Origin: an uncultured Verrucomicrobiae bacterium
GTDB lineage: Bacteria; Verrucomicrobiota; Verrucomicrobiia; Chthoniobacterales; UBA10450
Direction of reading: 5' to 3'
Assembly: GCA_963801815.1 (NCBI GenBank)
Contig: CAWDGJ010000007.1
Span: 207,700 to 271,699 of the forward strand
DNA length: 64,000 bases
Part shown: piece by piece, positions 1 to 9,705 of the stretch
Layout of the letters: each line of letters opens with the position of its first letter
Position numbering within the stretch: the first letter of the stretch is position 1
Notes under the pieces: model-generated
The model's database searches: none
What the model was told of the DNA's origin: nothing
Seen by the model: only the letters and a program-made list of their open reading frames with translations
Made by a program: the position numbers and the translations under genes

Positions 1-410
1 GCCGCGTCGTGAAAAATGGCGAGACTCCGTCCGCGAAACTTCGCGATTAAGTCCGGAAAGATTCTGGTGCGCGCATCGCGATAGATATCGGGCATTAAAA
101 ACACGTCCTCAGGTCCTAACTCGTTGTCCAGCGACAAGCCGTGCCGGAAGAACAACCGATAGGCTTCCGACAAAGGATTCTCACCACGCAGCTCGGGGCG
201 TGCTGAAACACGCGGCCCGTCATGAAATGGCGCCTCGAGCGTGGCGAGCTCTCCCGCGGTCAACCGTTGAAAGCGGCGGCCAAGAATGTTCCATGAGATC
301 GGTGTTACTGGGACGCGGGCGCGCAGTTCTTGAAAAAGTCTTCGTGTGATCCGTTGAATCCCAGTGTTCCGGACGGTCTTGCACGAAGTTGTTACTTCCA
401 GATAAATCAT
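1..410 (-). CDS. Glycosyltransferase family 4-like protein, N-terminal part (runs off window)
   Basis: Not in the ORF track. Manual translation from ATG at 410 gives MIYLEVTTSCKTVRNTGIQRITRRLFQEL...DVFLMPDIY...LAIFHDAA; TGIQR and FHD motifs are typical of GT4 N-terminal domains. Confidence 0.7.
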   Translation of the reverse strand, partial: MIYLEVTTSCKTVRNTGIQRITRRLFQELRARVPVTPISWNILGRRFQRLTAGELATLEAPFHDGPRVSARPELRGENPLSEAYRLFFRHGLSLDNELGPEDVFLMPDIYRDARTRIFPDLIAKFRGRSLAIFHDA

Positions 411-574
411 ATCTGAGGGCTTTCTGGCGCAGATGTGGCGGAAGCTTTCAGAGTGTTACTATTTGCGCGGTTGCGCCGCACATATTCCAGCACCGATTCT
501 TTCCCAAGTATGTTTCACTATATATCTCGGGCGTGCAATATCAGGATAGTGGGGGCAAAATTGGCGACGAAATC

Positions 575-1756
575 ATGATCGCGAACCGTATTGTTCTTGA
601 TGCCCGTTGCCTCAGGGGCACGCCGGGCGGTGTCGTGAGCTACACCAAAGCGCTCGTCGAACATCTTCCGCTCCTTCTGCCGAATGTGCCGATCGTTCTT
701 CTCCGTCACCGCGATCGACTCAACGCACTCTCGCGTGCGCCTAACGTGTCAGAATGGAGTCGCGGTGGCGGACCCAACGATGTCTGGAATTATTTCCAGC
801 TGCGGTGCTGGCTCAACCGACGAATCGGTCCGAAAGACTTATTTCACGCTCCTTATCGAGTGCTTCCCCGCGGCATTCAGGCCAAGTCCGTTATTACTAT
901 TCATGACGTCATGCACGTGGTCTGCCCAGAGCTTGTTTTCCCAAATCCACTGATTCGTCCGTTCCAAAAAACGTACTGGTCCTTCATTATCCGTGACAGC
1001 CTTCGCCGGGCAGATCGGATTATTGCGGTCAGCCATTACAGCGCTAACGACGCCGCCCAAATTGATCCGGCTTGCCGGCCGCGACTTCGAGTAACGCATC
1101 TCGGCAAGTCGCCGACTTTTCGCCCGATCATGAAAGAGAGCGCCGAACGCCTCAGTTCGTCAATTGTTCCTCCCGGGAAGCGCTTTTTTTTGGTGGTAGG
1201 CGGAGGTTACCCTAACAAAAATCACGTGAGAGCTGTTTCCGCTTTCGGCAAGGCATTCAAAGCGTTCGATAATATGCATCTCCTGGTGATCGAACGTAAC
1301 CGAAGGTCGCCCCCTGAATTACGCCAGGCCGTGCGGAGGACTCAGCTTCCGGAACGCATCATCATTCGAGACAGTGTCGCAGCCGAGGAACTGGTCGCGC
1401 TCTACAATCGCGCCGAGGCCCTTGTCTTTCCGTCGCTTTATGAGGGTTTTGGACTGCCAATCCTGGAGGCGATGGCATGCGGCTGCCCTGTTTTGTGCTC
1501 GAATACGACCGCGCCGCCTGAGGTAGCCGGAGACGCTGCTCTTCTCTTGCCACCTAACGACGACGCGGCTATCGCCGCCGCCATGCGACGTATCGTGGAG
1601 GACCCGGCACTTCAACAATCACTTTCGGAGCGCGGCATTCGGCACGCGACCTTATTTGACTGGCAAAAGATGGCCGCTGAAACAGTCCGGCTCTACGCTG
1701 AGATTGCACCGTGGATACCGGCCCCCACATTGACGGCCAACCTTTCGACGCGTTGA
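575..1756 (+). CDS. Glycosyltransferase family 4 (GT-B)
   Basis: Motifs VITIHD and FPSLYEGFGLPILEAMACG. Start placed at ATG 575 (MIANRIVLDAR). Confidence 0.9.
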   Translation: MIANRIVLDARCLRGTPGGVVSYTKALVEHLPLLLPNVPIVLLRHRDRLNALSRAPNVSEWSRGGGPNDVWNYFQLRCWLNRRIGPKDLFHAPYRVLPRGIQAKSVITIHDVMHVVCPELVFPNPLIRPFQKTYWSFIIRDSLRRADRIIAVSHYSANDAAQIDPACRPRLRVTHLGKSPTFRPIMKESAERLSSSIVPPGKRFFLVVGGGYPNKNHVRAVSAFGKAFKAFDNMHLLVIERNRRSPPELRQAVRRTQLPERIIIRDSVAAEELVALYNRAEALVFPSLYEGFGLPILEAMACGCPVLCSNTTAPPEVAGDAALLLPPNDDAAIAAAMRRIVEDPALQQSLSERGIRHATLFDWQKMAAETVRLYAEIAPWIPAPTLTANLSTR

Positions 1757-1787
1757 AAACCTACACAATCGAAATCTCAGCGCCGCA

Positions 1788-2591
1788 ATGAAGAATATTT
1801 TCCTTACCGGGGCGAGTTCGGGCATTGGATTATCGATTGCCAAGGCGCTGGTCGCGCGGGGCGATGAAGTTTGGGGAACATCACGGGAGCCTGGGCGCGT
1901 GCCGCAGTTGCCGCGGCTGCATGGCGTTCGTCTCGATTTATCGGATCCGAATGCAATCGAGCGCGGATTCAGTAGCGCGCTTTCCGAGGCGGGCTATTTC
2001 GACGTTGTAATTAACAACGCCGGTAGCGGCCACTTTGGAGCCGCAGAGCATCTGTCTGACGCCGAGATTAAAAGCCAGTTTCAAATCCTGCTGTTCGGAC
2101 ATCTTCAACTCATGCGCCTGGCGTTGGCGGCGATGCGCGCGCGCGGACACGGATTGATCATCAACGTCACGTCACTGGCGTCGCAATTACCCGTACCATT
2201 TATGGCTGCTTATAACTCAGCGAAAGCCGCGATGGCGGCCTACACGATGTCGATCCAGCTGGAGTTACCTGATGCCAATGTGCGGATTGTCGATCTTCAA
2301 CCAGCGGACATTTTGACCGCGTTCAATGACGCGGTTCCGAAAAAGGAGGAACAGGATCCGCGCTATAAAGATCGGGTAACAAAGACCTGGGCCGCCGTCG
2401 ATCAGAACATGAAGAATGCGCCTTCGCCGGATCTCGTCGCCAAGTGCGCACTCGAATTGATTGACTCGCCAAATCCCCCGCCCCGGACCACCGTCGGCGA
2501 CGGGTTTCAATCCAAGGTGGCGCCATTTATTTTCCGGTTTCTGCCGCAGCGGGTCCGCGTTTGGGGGCTGAAGATGTATTACGGGATTTGA
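1788..2591 (+). CDS. Classical short-chain dehydrogenase/reductase (candidate 3-keto-sphingoid/ceramide reductase)
   Basis: TGASSGIG NAD(P) motif, NNAG, YNSAK catalytic YxxxK. Substrate inferred from context only. Confidence 0.85.
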   Translation: MKNIFLTGASSGIGLSIAKALVARGDEVWGTSREPGRVPQLPRLHGVRLDLSDPNAIERGFSSALSEAGYFDVVINNAGSGHFGAAEHLSDAEIKSQFQILLFGHLQLMRLALAAMRARGHGLIINVTSLASQLPVPFMAAYNSAKAAMAAYTMSIQLELPDANVRIVDLQPADILTAFNDAVPKKEEQDPRYKDRVTKTWAAVDQNMKNAPSPDLVAKCALELIDSPNPPPRTTVGDGFQSKVAPFIFRFLPQRVRVWGLKMYYGI

Positions 2592-3540
2592 TTCCGGCCC
2601 GATTCGGCAAGAACGAACCGATCCAGAGCCGAATGATCGGCAAGGAGAGGATCCACCTCGAAAAGAATACGGTCCAACTGTCGCGAAAGAAGTTTATTAT
2701 CTCGGTATTGCTTCGGATCGCGCCGTTTGGCACATCGCAAAGCGTCATCGTGCCCCGTTGTGCTCGAAGCGCTCGCATCATCGCTGACGCCGGCACGACA
2801 TACTTTTTGATGCCACGTCGATCCAGGCAGCCACTGATCCAGATGTCGTCCATGTAGAACGCACTTTTTGGCGCGCCGGTGTAATCCCACAACGCGGAGT
2901 CGAAGAACTGCGGCTGAACAAGATAACTTGCAGTGCCGGTAATGACTGCGACTGGTTTGGGCTCACGAATCTGATTGGCGCGAATCATTTTCGGCAGGAA
3001 CCAGACAAGGCTATGCGGTATTAATGCGCCACGGAAACAAAGCGCGGCCTCCGGCAGTTGCGCATGGTAATGCAGATATGTTTCCAACGCATCGCGCGGG
3101 TAAAGGCGGTCGTCGTCAACAGCCATAATCAGCGTGTTGCCACGACCGGCGGCCAATTCCTCCTGAATAACTGGAATGAATTTTGTGGCCGGTCCCCAGT
3201 CCTGCTGGCAGCGCAAAATGCGGACGCGCGGAATTTTCTCGAGATAGCTAGGGACAACGTACTCCTTTTGCTGCCGATTCGAAAACTGAGGGACCGCGAC
3301 GACGATTTCGTCAGGCGTCCGCGTCTGTTCCAACAGACAACGAAGAGTTGGTTCGAGGTTGTCAATCCGATCCGGCAGTGTTGAAAGGGAAACGATGACG
3401 CGACCGTTGCGCGTTGAAGAGGAATTGGATAACTGCCGCCGAATGAATCGTGCTTGCTGCCGCCCAAAAAGTAGCGAGTAGACAATCTCGCCTGTCCCAC
3501 TCACCATTTCCTCCAATTTTCGTATGAACCGGCCCATCAC
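2527..3540 (-). CDS. GT-A fold glycosyltransferase (GT2-like)
   Basis: VIVSLSTLPDRI, DWGPATKFIP, AVDDD (DxD), DDIWISG. Confidence 0.75.
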   Translation of the reverse strand: MMGRFIRKLEEMVSGTGEIVYSLLFGRQQARFIRRQLSNSSSTRNGRVIVSLSTLPDRIDNLEPTLRCLLEQTRTPDEIVVAVPQFSNRQQKEYVVPSYLEKIPRVRILRCQQDWGPATKFIPVIQEELAAGRGNTLIMAVDDDRLYPRDALETYLHYHAQLPEAALCFRGALIPHSLVWFLPKMIRANQIREPKPVAVITGTASYLVQPQFFDSALWDYTGAPKSAFYMDDIWISGCLDRRGIKKYVVPASAMMRALRAQRGTMTLCDVPNGAIRSNTEIINFFRDSWTVFFSRWILSLPIIRLWIGSFLPNRAGIKSRNTSSAPKRGPAAAETGK

Positions 3541-3561
3541 TACTGGAACTATACCGTAAAT

Positions 3562-4293
3562 ATGAAAAAGCCGATTTCCGATGCAGTCATTCTTATGGCC
3601 GGATCCGGTTCGCGACTGCGGCGCGGCGGCGAAAATTGCCCCAAGCCGCTTCTCACTTTGGCCGGGCGCCCGCTCATTTGTTACACTTTGAAGAATCTAG
3701 CCCGGGCAGGAATCAGAACGATTCACGCTGTGGTTGGGTTTGAAAGTGCCGCCCTGCGCGCAGGCCTAACACCGTTGATTCCCTCCGGAATTAATCTGCA
3801 CTGGATCGAAAATTCGAGTTGGCAAAAACAGAATGGAATCACGCTGCTCGCAGCAGCGCCGCTTGTGAAACACCCCTTCATTCTTACAATGGGCGATCAC
3901 ATTTTTGAATCGGCGGCGGTCGAGTGTCTAATTCAAAACGCCGATTTGAATGCGTTGAATGTCGCCGTGGATTACAAGCTCGACGCGATCTTTGACGTCG
4001 ACGACGCGATGAAGATCAAAATCGAAGGCGATGATGTAGTCGCTATCGGGAAAAATCTCACTGATTATGATGCGATCGATACCGGGCTGTTTGCGTGCTC
4101 GCTCGAAATTTTCAAATACCTAGACCAGGCGAAACGGGACGGTGATTGCAGTCTCGCCGATGGCGTCCGTCTGATGGCCGCCGACCGCAAAGTTCGAGCG
4201 ATTGATATCGGCGACGGCTGGTGGCAGGACATCGATTCGCCCGAAACACTGGAGCACGCTCGGAGATTGATCGCCACCAAGAGAGCGCTTTAA
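3562..4293 (+). CDS. Nucleotidyltransferase, IPCT/LicC-like sugar- or alcohol-phosphate cytidylyltransferase
   Basis: AVILMAGSGSRL, KPLL, NG, FILTMGDH, IGKNL, DAIDTGLF, WQDID; immediately upstream of a CDP-alcohol phosphotransferase. Confidence 0.85.
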   Translation: MKKPISDAVILMAGSGSRLRRGGENCPKPLLTLAGRPLICYTLKNLARAGIRTIHAVVGFESAALRAGLTPLIPSGINLHWIENSSWQKQNGITLLAAAPLVKHPFILTMGDHIFESAAVECLIQNADLNALNVAVDYKLDAIFDVDDAMKIKIEGDDVVAIGKNLTDYDAIDTGLFACSLEIFKYLDQAKRDGDCSLADGVRLMAADRKVRAIDIGDGWWQDIDSPETLEHARRLIATKRAL

Positions 4294-4295
4294 AA

Positions 4296-5585
4296 ATGGC
4301 AGGGCAATGCATCGTCCTGGCGGACAGTCCGGGAGCGCTCATCAAATTATGTGGGATCTCAACGCTCGAACGATTACTGCGCACGCTTCAACGATGCGGA
4401 TATAAGCAGGCGCTTGTCTCTTCAAACACTCCTGAACTGATCGAGCAACAGCTGGCGACGCCGTCATGGGCACGGGCCGAACTCGAAACAATAACGCGCA
4501 CGCGGCCGGCTGGCCCCGTAACGATCGAACACATCGTGGATCTTTGGCCGAACGATAACGATCTTCTAATGATCGTCCCCGCAGATTCAGTTTTCGATCC
4601 GCGGCTTTTGCGAATGCTTGCTTCACACCATGGCCCGGCCGCGCTCGTAGATTCCGATGTGCCGGACCGGTTTGGCTCGCTGGTCGAGATGACCACAGCA
4701 ACAAAACGCGGCAAACTTTGCGGGCCAGCGCTCTTGAAACGCGATTGGGCTCGCTCCCGAACAGGTTCATTCCAGGAGGCGGTGCGCACCGGTTTGGACA
4801 ATCAAACTTTGGCAGCGGCGGACGTAGCCGCTGAACCTTTGTACTATGCGCCGTTAAACCGTGAACTGAGAACCTATTGGTTTCCAGCGCCGTCTCCGGA
4901 AAATGCACAATTTGCAAAACGGATTATTCTCGATTCAGCCCAAAAAGGGACGCTCGATTTGCCCGCAACGGTTCACGCCCCAATCGAGACGTTTTTGATC
5001 TCCCTGCTTTGCGAGACGCCGGTTACACCCAACCAATTGACCGTTATTACCAACGTTGTCGCCTGGAGTGCAACGATTCTGTTGGCAACTGGTCGACTCG
5101 GTTGGGGCCTTGGGCTTGCTGTGCTTGTCGGTGTCCTCGACGGCCTGGATGGCAAACAGGCGCGCGTCAAAGTCGAGACCAGCAAACGGGGCAAATTGGA
5201 GCATTGGTTCGACGCAATTTTCGAAGTCTCATGGTGGATAGCAATTGCCTACTATTTTCAACACTCCGGCCGGTTACCCAACGCATTCCGCTATCTCGCC
5301 TTGCTGCTTATTGCCCAAGCGATCGATGGAATGATAAAATCAGGGATTCGTTACACGTCTGGGCGATCGATCGAGGAACTCGGAGCTTTTGAGCGAACAC
5401 TGCATTTCGTCAGCGGACGCCGGAATGTTTTCGTCTGGATACTGACGATCGGGTTTCTGCTCGGCGCGCCGACCAGCGCCTTCATCATCATGACCTGGCT
5501 GGCAATTGGAACGGCGATTTTGCATCTCCCGCGCGCGATCGCGGTGTTTTCCCGGTTCTGCAAAACCCGGAAGCCGCACTTCTAA
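4296..5585 (+). CDS. CDP-alcohol phosphatidyltransferase with N-terminal degenerate nucleotidyltransferase-like domain
   Basis: VTPNQLT, DGLDGKQAR...GKLEHWFD, several TM segments. ATG 4296 lies 2 nt after the upstream stop. Confidence 0.85.
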   Translation: MAGQCIVLADSPGALIKLCGISTLERLLRTLQRCGYKQALVSSNTPELIEQQLATPSWARAELETITRTRPAGPVTIEHIVDLWPNDNDLLMIVPADSVFDPRLLRMLASHHGPAALVDSDVPDRFGSLVEMTTATKRGKLCGPALLKRDWARSRTGSFQEAVRTGLDNQTLAAADVAAEPLYYAPLNRELRTYWFPAPSPENAQFAKRIILDSAQKGTLDLPATVHAPIETFLISLLCETPVTPNQLTVITNVVAWSATILLATGRLGWGLGLAVLVGVLDGLDGKQARVKVETSKRGKLEHWFDAIFEVSWWIAIAYYFQHSGRLPNAFRYLALLLIAQAIDGMIKSGIRYTSGRSIEELGAFERTLHFVSGRRNVFVWILTIGFLLGAPTSAFIIMTWLAIGTAILHLPRAIAVFSRFCKTRKPHF

Positions 5586-6706
5586 ATCGTTTTCCGATAG
5601 ATCCGGTAGGTCTTGTAACGCTTTGCGCCCATCGCTTCGATGAACCGATTCACCATCACGTTGTCCTCCAGCGTCATGCTGAGTTCGCCGGTAAACCCGC
5701 GTCGAAAAGCTTCATCCATTAACCGGAGGACCAGCATCTCGGCGATCCCGGCTCGCCGATAATCTTTAACCACGCCCAGAGCAATAAGGCGCCCTGTCCG
5801 GGCCTTCTTGAGATGATAGAGCAATTTGAGCAACCCAATTGGCAAACCAAATGTGGTTAGCCGGCCATTTATCTTACGCAACGCCACGTTGACATCCGGC
5901 ACACCAATCACGAACCCAATCGGACGTTCGCCGACTTCGGCAATGAGAGTCGCCTCCGGCACGATCAGGGGCTTGAGTTCGTGTGCCATGTGTTCGGCTT
6001 CGGCTTCGGTAAATGGAACAAATCCCCAATTTTTCTCCCAAGCCTGGTTGTAAACGTCTCGGATCCGCTGTCCCTCTGCGGCAATCTGCTTCAGATCGAT
6101 CGGACGAATCGTGATTTTCTCCCTGCGCGCACGCGCTTGAGCGATCTTTTGCAGGCGCGCCGCTGGCTCGGGATATTCCGAGAACCACCACGCATACCAG
6201 TCTTTCGCTTTGGAGAATCCGCAGCTTTCAATCAGAGGCACGTAATACGGCGGATTGTGCGCGGTTAACAGCGTAGGCGGATGCTGGAATCCGCTGATCA
6301 GGAGAGCGCAGACATAGTTGGTGGAATAATCGATTGGGCCCATGACCTCGTTTCGCCCTTTCTTCGCAAGCCAATCGCTCGCTGCTCGAAATAAAGCCTC
6401 GGCCACGTTGTGATCATCGATGGATTCGAACAAACCAAAGCAACCGACGTTCGTCTCATGCAGTTGGTTATAGTTCGGATCGTCGCTCGCCATGATCCGG
6501 CCGACAATCTCCCCATTCCGTCTGGCGAGAAATAATGCGGCATCGCCGTGGCCATAAAACGGATGTTTATCTCGATTGAGAAAGGCTTTCCGCTCGAGGA
6601 TCAACGGCGGCACCCACGCCGGATCATTCCGATAAATTTGCCATTGAAACTTTATAAACGCATCGCGGTCGGCGGCCGAGTCAACGCGTGAAACTTGAAC
6701 GGACAT
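5582..6706 (-). CDS. GNAT-fold N-acyltransferase, YghO/bacterial ceramide synthase (bCerS)-like
   Basis: IYRNDPAWVPPL, GRI, GCFGLFE, HNPPYY, NWGFVP, LEDN..NRFIEAMG...KTYRIY, recognised as the bCerS/YghO family. TGATG overlap with the upstream gene. Confidence 0.8.
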   Translation of the reverse strand: MSVQVSRVDSAADRDAFIKFQWQIYRNDPAWVPPLILERKAFLNRDKHPFYGHGDAALFLARRNGEIVGRIMASDDPNYNQLHETNVGCFGLFESIDDHNVAEALFRAASDWLAKKGRNEVMGPIDYSTNYVCALLISGFQHPPTLLTAHNPPYYVPLIESCGFSKAKDWYAWWFSEYPEPAARLQKIAQARARREKITIRPIDLKQIAAEGQRIRDVYNQAWEKNWGFVPFTEAEAEHMAHELKPLIVPEATLIAEVGERPIGFVIGVPDVNVALRKINGRLTTFGLPIGLLKLLYHLKKARTGRLIALGVVKDYRRAGIAEMLVLRLMDEAFRRGFTGELSMTLEDNVMVNRFIEAMGAKRYKTYRIYRKTI

Positions 6707-7614
6707 CAAGTGACTACGGTCGCTTCCGGCTGCATGATTTCTTCGACTAACGACTGCGACATATTCTCCTGGCGGACGATCAGAAAGAGAAGCAGCAGAT
6801 TTAGAACGCTGACTTCAAGCCAGAAAAACCACGACGGCCGGTCGATGGTCAGAAAAAGAAAGAGAAAGAACATTCGGGTATTTGTCATCAACAATCCCCA
6901 CCACCGCAGCATTGGCCGCGCATTTTCCCGATAATGCCGGCTCAAATCCCGTGGCACTTCGGTTGGAAATTCATGTTCGGCGACATCCCGCAAACGACGC
7001 AACCGCGGCGAAAGAACTTCCTGTTGCCAGGTAAAGTTGATGTAAAGGGCAAGCAGGAACTTCTGCCACGGATCAGTCCGCCATCGCAAACTCCTGAACT
7101 CATCCCGCAACGCCGCGGATGAATCCCAATCCGCGCGGGCGCGACCCTTAACAAAAAACAAGTAAGCGTTTCGAAAGTAATCAGCTGACGCACCTTGGGC
7201 AGCGTGACTGAGTCCGGCGGCGATCACGAGTAGGGCAATCGAAGGTGATGCACCTTCGACCAGGCAACGAAGTCCGAGATGCACATAGATGCTCAGAAAA
7301 ATCAGGTGATCGAATAGACTATCGATCACTCTCCCGGTTCGGCTTTTTTGATTCAGCAAACGCGCGAGTTGACCGTCGGCGTTATCGAGCAAATTAGCAA
7401 ATACGTGAAGAATCATGCCGATGATGTTGATGCGCAGATCCCGATAAAAATACAGGTGACCGGCGAGGATTCCGCAGATTCCGCCGAACACGGTTACCGT
7501 GACCGGCGTCAGTTTTAGCCGGGCACAGACTCGCGCTAATTGATACGCGACCGGCCGATAGAATAACAAGTCGAGAATCCCCTCGACATCGCGCGCCTTA
7601 TAGGTGCGCTTCAA
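6706..7614 (-). CDS. CDP-alcohol phosphatidyltransferase family protein
   Basis: Canonical signature DNADGQLAR...GRVIDSLFD; TM segments. Start is TTG per the ORF track. Confidence 0.9.
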   Translation of the reverse strand: MKRTYKARDVEGILDLLFYRPVAYQLARVCARLKLTPVTVTVFGGICGILAGHLYFYRDLRINIIGMILHVFANLLDNADGQLARLLNQKSRTGRVIDSLFDHLIFLSIYVHLGLRCLVEGASPSIALLVIAAGLSHAAQGASADYFRNAYLFFVKGRARADWDSSAALRDEFRSLRWRTDPWQKFLLALYINFTWQQEVLSPRLRRLRDVAEHEFPTEVPRDLSRHYRENARPMLRWWGLLMTNTRMFFLFLFLTIDRPSWFFWLEVSVLNLLLLFLIVRQENMSQSLVEEIMQPEATVVT

Positions 7615-7671
7615 GGGTAGGAATTAGCGGTTCAAGCTGCTCCGACATTCGAAAAGCGGCCGCCGATCGCG

Positions 7672-8927
7672 TCAGGCGCTCTCAAGCGCAGCCGGAGCGA
7701 GGGTATCGGCCAGAATGTTCAGCGCTTCATCGAGATCCGCCCGCGTATGTTTGGCCGTCACGCAGGCGCGGAAACAAACACGATTAAGCGGGACGGCCGG
7801 ATAATCGACCGGAGCGACCCACAATCCGCGGCGCCGCAATTCGTGACCAAGCCGGTACATTCCGCCGCGTTCACCGATCACGATCGGCATGATGTAAGTC
7901 GTCGAATTTCCGGTATCGATCTCGAGACTGCGGAGCTGAGAATGAAAATATTCAGCGTTCTCCCAAAGTTGTTTTCGCAACTCGGTCTGACGTCGACCGA
8001 TTTCCAGCGCTTTCAGAATCGCCGCTACCACGACCGGGGGCAAGGCACAGGAATAAACGTATGGATGGGCGTAAAAGCGCAGGTACTGCAGCGGTTTCCT
8101 TCGAGCCGGCCACGAAACCGCCGAGCGCGCCAAACGCTTTTGAAAATGTGCCGTAGATCAACGGAATGCGATCCTCCACTCCAAACTTTTCGGCAGCGCC
8201 GCGCCCGTTCTCGCCACATGCCAGCATCGAGTGCGCTTCGTCCACGAACACGCTGGCGCCGTGAGACTGCGCGATGTCCATCAGTTCCTTAAGATTGCCG
8301 AAATCGCCGTCCATCGAATAAATGCCTTCGACAATCACAAGTCGTCGCCGTCCCTGATGACGGGTCAGCGCGATATCGAGCGATACCGGGTCGTTATGCT
8401 CAAACTTTTCGGTCCGACAGCGCGATAAAATTGCGCCGTCGCGCAAACTGAGGTGCGATCGATTGTCGAGGATGGCGACATCGGATTTGCGGAGCAGCCC
8501 GGAGATCGTGCCAAGCGCGCCGCCAAAACCGCTGTTGAAAAGCATGGCATCTTCGCGACCGAAAAAATCTGCGACCTCGCGCTCCAGCTCGCGATGAAGA
8601 TCGGTCATTCCGGACAACACTGGGCGCGCCGCAGGCGCCGATGCCGTATTCGCGCAAAGCCTCGTGTGCCGCGGCGATCACATCCGGGATGATTGGCCAG
8701 CCCGAGATAATTGTAGGAACAAAGATTGATGACGGAATGCGGTTTGCCGTCGTAGTTGATGGTGGTGCGCGCGTCGGCCGAGGAGAGCATTTCCGGCTCG
8801 TATAGTTCACCGGCCCAGCCCGCTATCGCGCACCCATTTGGTAAACGTGGGCGGAGCCTGAAGAGGGTCCTGCGTTTCCTCTGCTAGGAAGTTGCTGAGA
8901 CTAAGTTTAAATGGATCTTCGGTTCAT
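7672..8927 (-). CDS. spt: PLP-dependent alpha-oxoamine synthase, serine palmitoyltransferase-like (several frameshifts)
   Basis: Joined from ORFs 8605..8790, 8400..8810, 7952..8620 and 7672..8133: NLCSYNYLGL, DEAHS, GTFSKAFG (PLP Lys), PYVYSCALPP. About five apparent single-base insertions. Distinct from kbl at 37840. Confidence 0.75.
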
Positions 8928-9083
8928 TGCCTTATGTGATGCTCCGGTCAGGCTCTTCTGGCGACCCCGCGGAGTTCCATATCGGGGCAGCTATTGTAGC
9001 GAGTCCAGGGGGCAAGGAAAATAACTGAGCACCACCTTGAGCTGAACTCAGCGGAGGGCTAGCAGGTTTTTTGGAAACTGCGT

Positions 9084-9698
9084 CTACTTTCGGGTCGTTT
9101 TGAAAACGTAGTCCCACAGCGGCGAGCTCACGCCATAGCCGGCCTGATCATCCTGATAATGGTGCCGCAGGTGATACTGCTTCAGCCACCTCCAGACGCC
9201 ACGCTTCATCGCGAAATGGTGAGTCGCGTAATGGATTGTGTCATAGCAGACGTACCCGAAACCGAAGCCGGCCAGCGCCGCCGGAGCGAACCGGCCCAGT
9301 GTCAGAAGAAACACGACGTAGAAAACCACCGCCAGCGGAACGCTGATAATCGGCGGCATAACCAGACGGGTCGCATCATTCGGATAATCGTGATGCACGC
9401 CATGCATGATGAAGTGCAGCAGTTTGCCCACCAACGAGTTTTCGGTTCGTAATGAAAAACGTAGCGATGAATGACGTATTCCAGCAGCGTCCAGATCAGA
9501 ACGCCGACCACGAAAAACCCGAGCACTGTCAGGACCGACAAACTTTCTGCGGGCAAACGAGAGGTAAAGCATTAAGGCAATGATCGGCCCGTAAAGAATG
9601 ACCGGGGTCGCCGGATGCACGTGCGAGAAGAATTCCATGAAGTTGCTCTCGAACATCCGGACCGTTTCGTTCTTGTTGGAAACGAAGAGCTTGTTCAT
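9084..9698 (-). CDS. Fatty acid hydroxylase superfamily, FA2H/Scs7-like (internal compensating frameshifts)
   Basis: His boxes EYVIHRYVFH (alternative frame, ORF 9302..9556), HFIMHGVHH..P.D..RLVMPP, YDTIHYATHH, HLRHHY, GVSSPLWDYVF. Confidence 0.85.
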   Translation of the reverse strand: MNKLFVSNKNETVRMFESNFMEFFSHVHPATPVILYGPIIALMLYLSFARRKFVGPDSARVFRGRRSDLDAAGIRHSSLRFSLRTENSLVGKLLHFIMHGVHHDYPNDATRLVMPPIISVPLAVVFYVVFLLTLGRFAPAALAGFGFGYVCYDTIHYATHHFAMKRGVWRWLKQYHLRHHYQDDQAGYGVSSPLWDYVFKTTRK

Positions 9699-9705
9699 GA
9701 CCTGA

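Noticed and set aside
7672..8927. AOS enzyme as BioF or a second Kbl
   Set aside because: No biotin genes nearby, a canonical kbl exists at 37840, and GTFSK plus the lipid neighbours favour Spt. Not excluded without phylogeny.
8928..9083. Riboswitch or ncRNA upstream of spt
   Set aside because: Only small hairpins; no recognisable family consensus.
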